A DNA stretch of 64,000 nt, taken from Escherichia phage CJ20. Shown here in pieces: positions 62,767-64,000 of this stretch. The notes under the pieces were generated by a model that made no database searches, was not told the DNA's origin, and was given only the letters and a program-made list of their open reading frames with translations. The first letter of the stretch is position 1. Every line of letters begins with the position of its first letter. A program made the position numbers and the translations under genes. The stretch is taken from sequence record MT533174.1, one strand, 5' to 3'.

Positions 62767-63045
62767 ATGAAAACTTATCAAGAATTTATTAACGAATCAA
62801 TTAGTCACCCGGATATGCTGGAAGACCTGAAAGGACATCTGATGGTTAAGGCCAAACCGGTTGATGGTGGCGCATTTGAGTTGTTTCTTGTTAAAGGCGA
62901 AAACGGTCCTGATAACAAGAAAGTTTCAGCAATGATGTTGACTAAAGGTTACAAAGTCAGTTCTTCCTGGAATGCTCCATTCACTTACGCGGTAAGCCCT
63001 CGTGAACTGAAAAAAGTTAAAGCTGGACAATATACAAAAATTTAG
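62767..63045 (+). CDS. Internal-protein-like (IP) protein with capsid-targeting sequence
   Basis: N-terminus MKTYQEFINE, nearly identical to the T4 IP targeting sequence. Confidence 0.65.
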   Translation: MKTYQEFINESISHPDMLEDLKGHLMVKAKPVDGGAFELFLVKGENGPDNKKVSAMMLTKGYKVSSSWNAPFTYAVSPRELKKVKAGQYTKI

Positions 63046-63083
63046 TGTACGTGATGGGATAGTTGTAGTATGATTATCTCATC
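63045..63083 (+). promoter_or_regulatory. Promoter/stem-loop cassette (GTGTAC, 18 nt, TATGAT in hairpin loop)
   Basis: Inverted repeat GATGGGATA (63053-63061) / TATCTCATC (63075-63083), one mismatch. Confidence 0.45.
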
Positions 63084-63102
63084 AACTACTGAGGAGAATA
63101 AA

Positions 63103-63288
63103 ATGAAACGTTGCGAATTAATTAGAAATGTTACTGCCCTTGTTGCTGTTACCACTTTTGGTTTTAGCATGTTTGCTGGCTTTATGTTGAATATGCTTTC
63201 AACTTCTGAGAATATAATCTCTTTAGTAGTTGCATTTTTAATTGGTTCAATCTCTTTCGTTATGGATAAAATCTCTAAAGGTGAGTAA
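63103..63288 (+). CDS. Small hydrophobic (two predicted TM helices) protein
   Basis: 61 aa from ATG 63103 with SD GAGGAG; hydrophobic stretches LVAVTTFGFSMFAGFML and IISLVVAFLIGSISFV. Confidence 0.4.
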   Translation: MKRCELIRNVTALVAVTTFGFSMFAGFMLNMLSTSENIISLVVAFLIGSISFVMDKISKGE

Positions 63289-63289
63289 A

Positions 63290-63670
63290 ATGTATAAAGT
63301 GTATGCGGATTATCAGGCAAATCCATCTGAAAAACCAGATTGCCAAATTGGGTGGGCGCATGACACCCTGCTTGAAGCGGTAGATGAAGCTCAAAAATTA
63401 GGGTATAGTTATGTGGATATTGTTCAACCTGGTGGAACAGTTATTACTCTTGAAGAATTCAAGAATATCAAAACAAACTTTTTACTCTTTGCTGGCGATA
63501 ACTATTATCCTCGTGGCGGTTATGCTGACTTAATTGCAAAAGCGGCGACTGAAGATGAACTGCGTGATATCATTAAAGAAAACGAGAAGAAGCCTTGTTA
63601 TGGTTCCAACCGTTTTGACTGGTGGCAGATTGTTAATGCCAATACACATACTATTGTTGATGAGGGCTGA
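63290..63670 (+). CDS. Hypothetical protein
   Basis: 126 aa from ATG 63290 (SD AAGGTGAG); track start 63242 is TTG. Confidence 0.5.
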   Translation: MYKVYADYQANPSEKPDCQIGWAHDTLLEAVDEAQKLGYSYVDIVQPGGTVITLEEFKNIKTNFLLFAGDNYYPRGGYADLIAKAATEDELRDIIKENEKKPCYGSNRFDWWQIVNANTHTIVDEG

Positions 63671-63672
63671 TT

Positions 63673-64000
63673 ATGAATATTAAATTTGGTCAGACCATCC
63701 CTAAAGGTTATGTGATTGAAATTGAAACCTGGGAAAATGATGGTGACAACTATAAAACCCAAACGGTATTTGGCGTAGAAGAACAAGAAATCCAACAGTA
63801 CAAATATATCCTGGAACTTTTCCATGGTTCACATTGTAACAACCGCAATAAATGTGGTAATTCAGAATGGGATGTGGTTAAACACTTGGTTATCGCCCAC
63901 ATTGCATCTGGTGTAAAATCTGGGCAGTTGACTTATGAATTTTTGGATAAAGTTCTTGGTATTGCAGATTTGGAAGCCTTGTTGAATGACGATGATGAAG
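63673..64000 (+). CDS. Hypothetical protein, 5' fragment (continues beyond window)
   Basis: ATG 63673 right after previous stop; open to window end; Cys/His cluster HGSHCNNRNKCGNSEW. Confidence 0.45.
   Translation, partial: MNIKFGQTIPKGYVIEIETWENDGDNYKTQTVFGVEEQEIQQYKYILELFHGSHCNNRNKCGNSEWDVVKHLVIAHIASGVKSGQLTYEFLDKVLGIADLEALLNDDDE

Overview
This 64-kb window is a segment of a T4-like (T-even type) myovirus genome, in inverted orientation relative to the conventional T4 map. Gene calls rest on recalled similarity to T4 proteins plus synteny; no database search was run. Left end (1-11.7 kb, + strand): the 3' end of pseT, small early ORFs, cd (dCMP deaminase), gene 31 co-chaperonin, rIII, a block of small early genes, DNA ligase (30) and alt. 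Centre (12-58 kb, mostly - strand): the conserved late module 54-48-29-28-27-51 / 26-25-uvsY / uvsW.1-uvsW / inh-hoc / rnlB / 24(x2)-23-22-21-68-67-20-19-18-17-16-15-14-13-wac-12-11-10-9-8-7-6-[unknown ORF]-5-53. Right end (58-64 kb, + strand): 4, 2, 3, 1, 57A, 57B (Acb1-like), four internal-protein-like genes and small ORFs. T4-style early (GTTTAC/TATAAT), middle (MotA box + TATAAT) and late (TATAAATA) promoter motifs and GC-hairpin terminators are visible. No rRNA, tRNA, CRISPR, integrase or transposase was recognised. Most notable: a ~687-aa ORF of unknown function between gene 5 and gene 6; a tandem pair of gp24 vertex-protein paralogs; a four-gene array of proteins with T4 internal-protein-like N-terminal capsid-targeting sequences flanked by promoter/stem-loop cassettes; and a repeated MotA-box/TATAAT/GGTTCTAGACC motif, two copies of which point antisense into structural genes.
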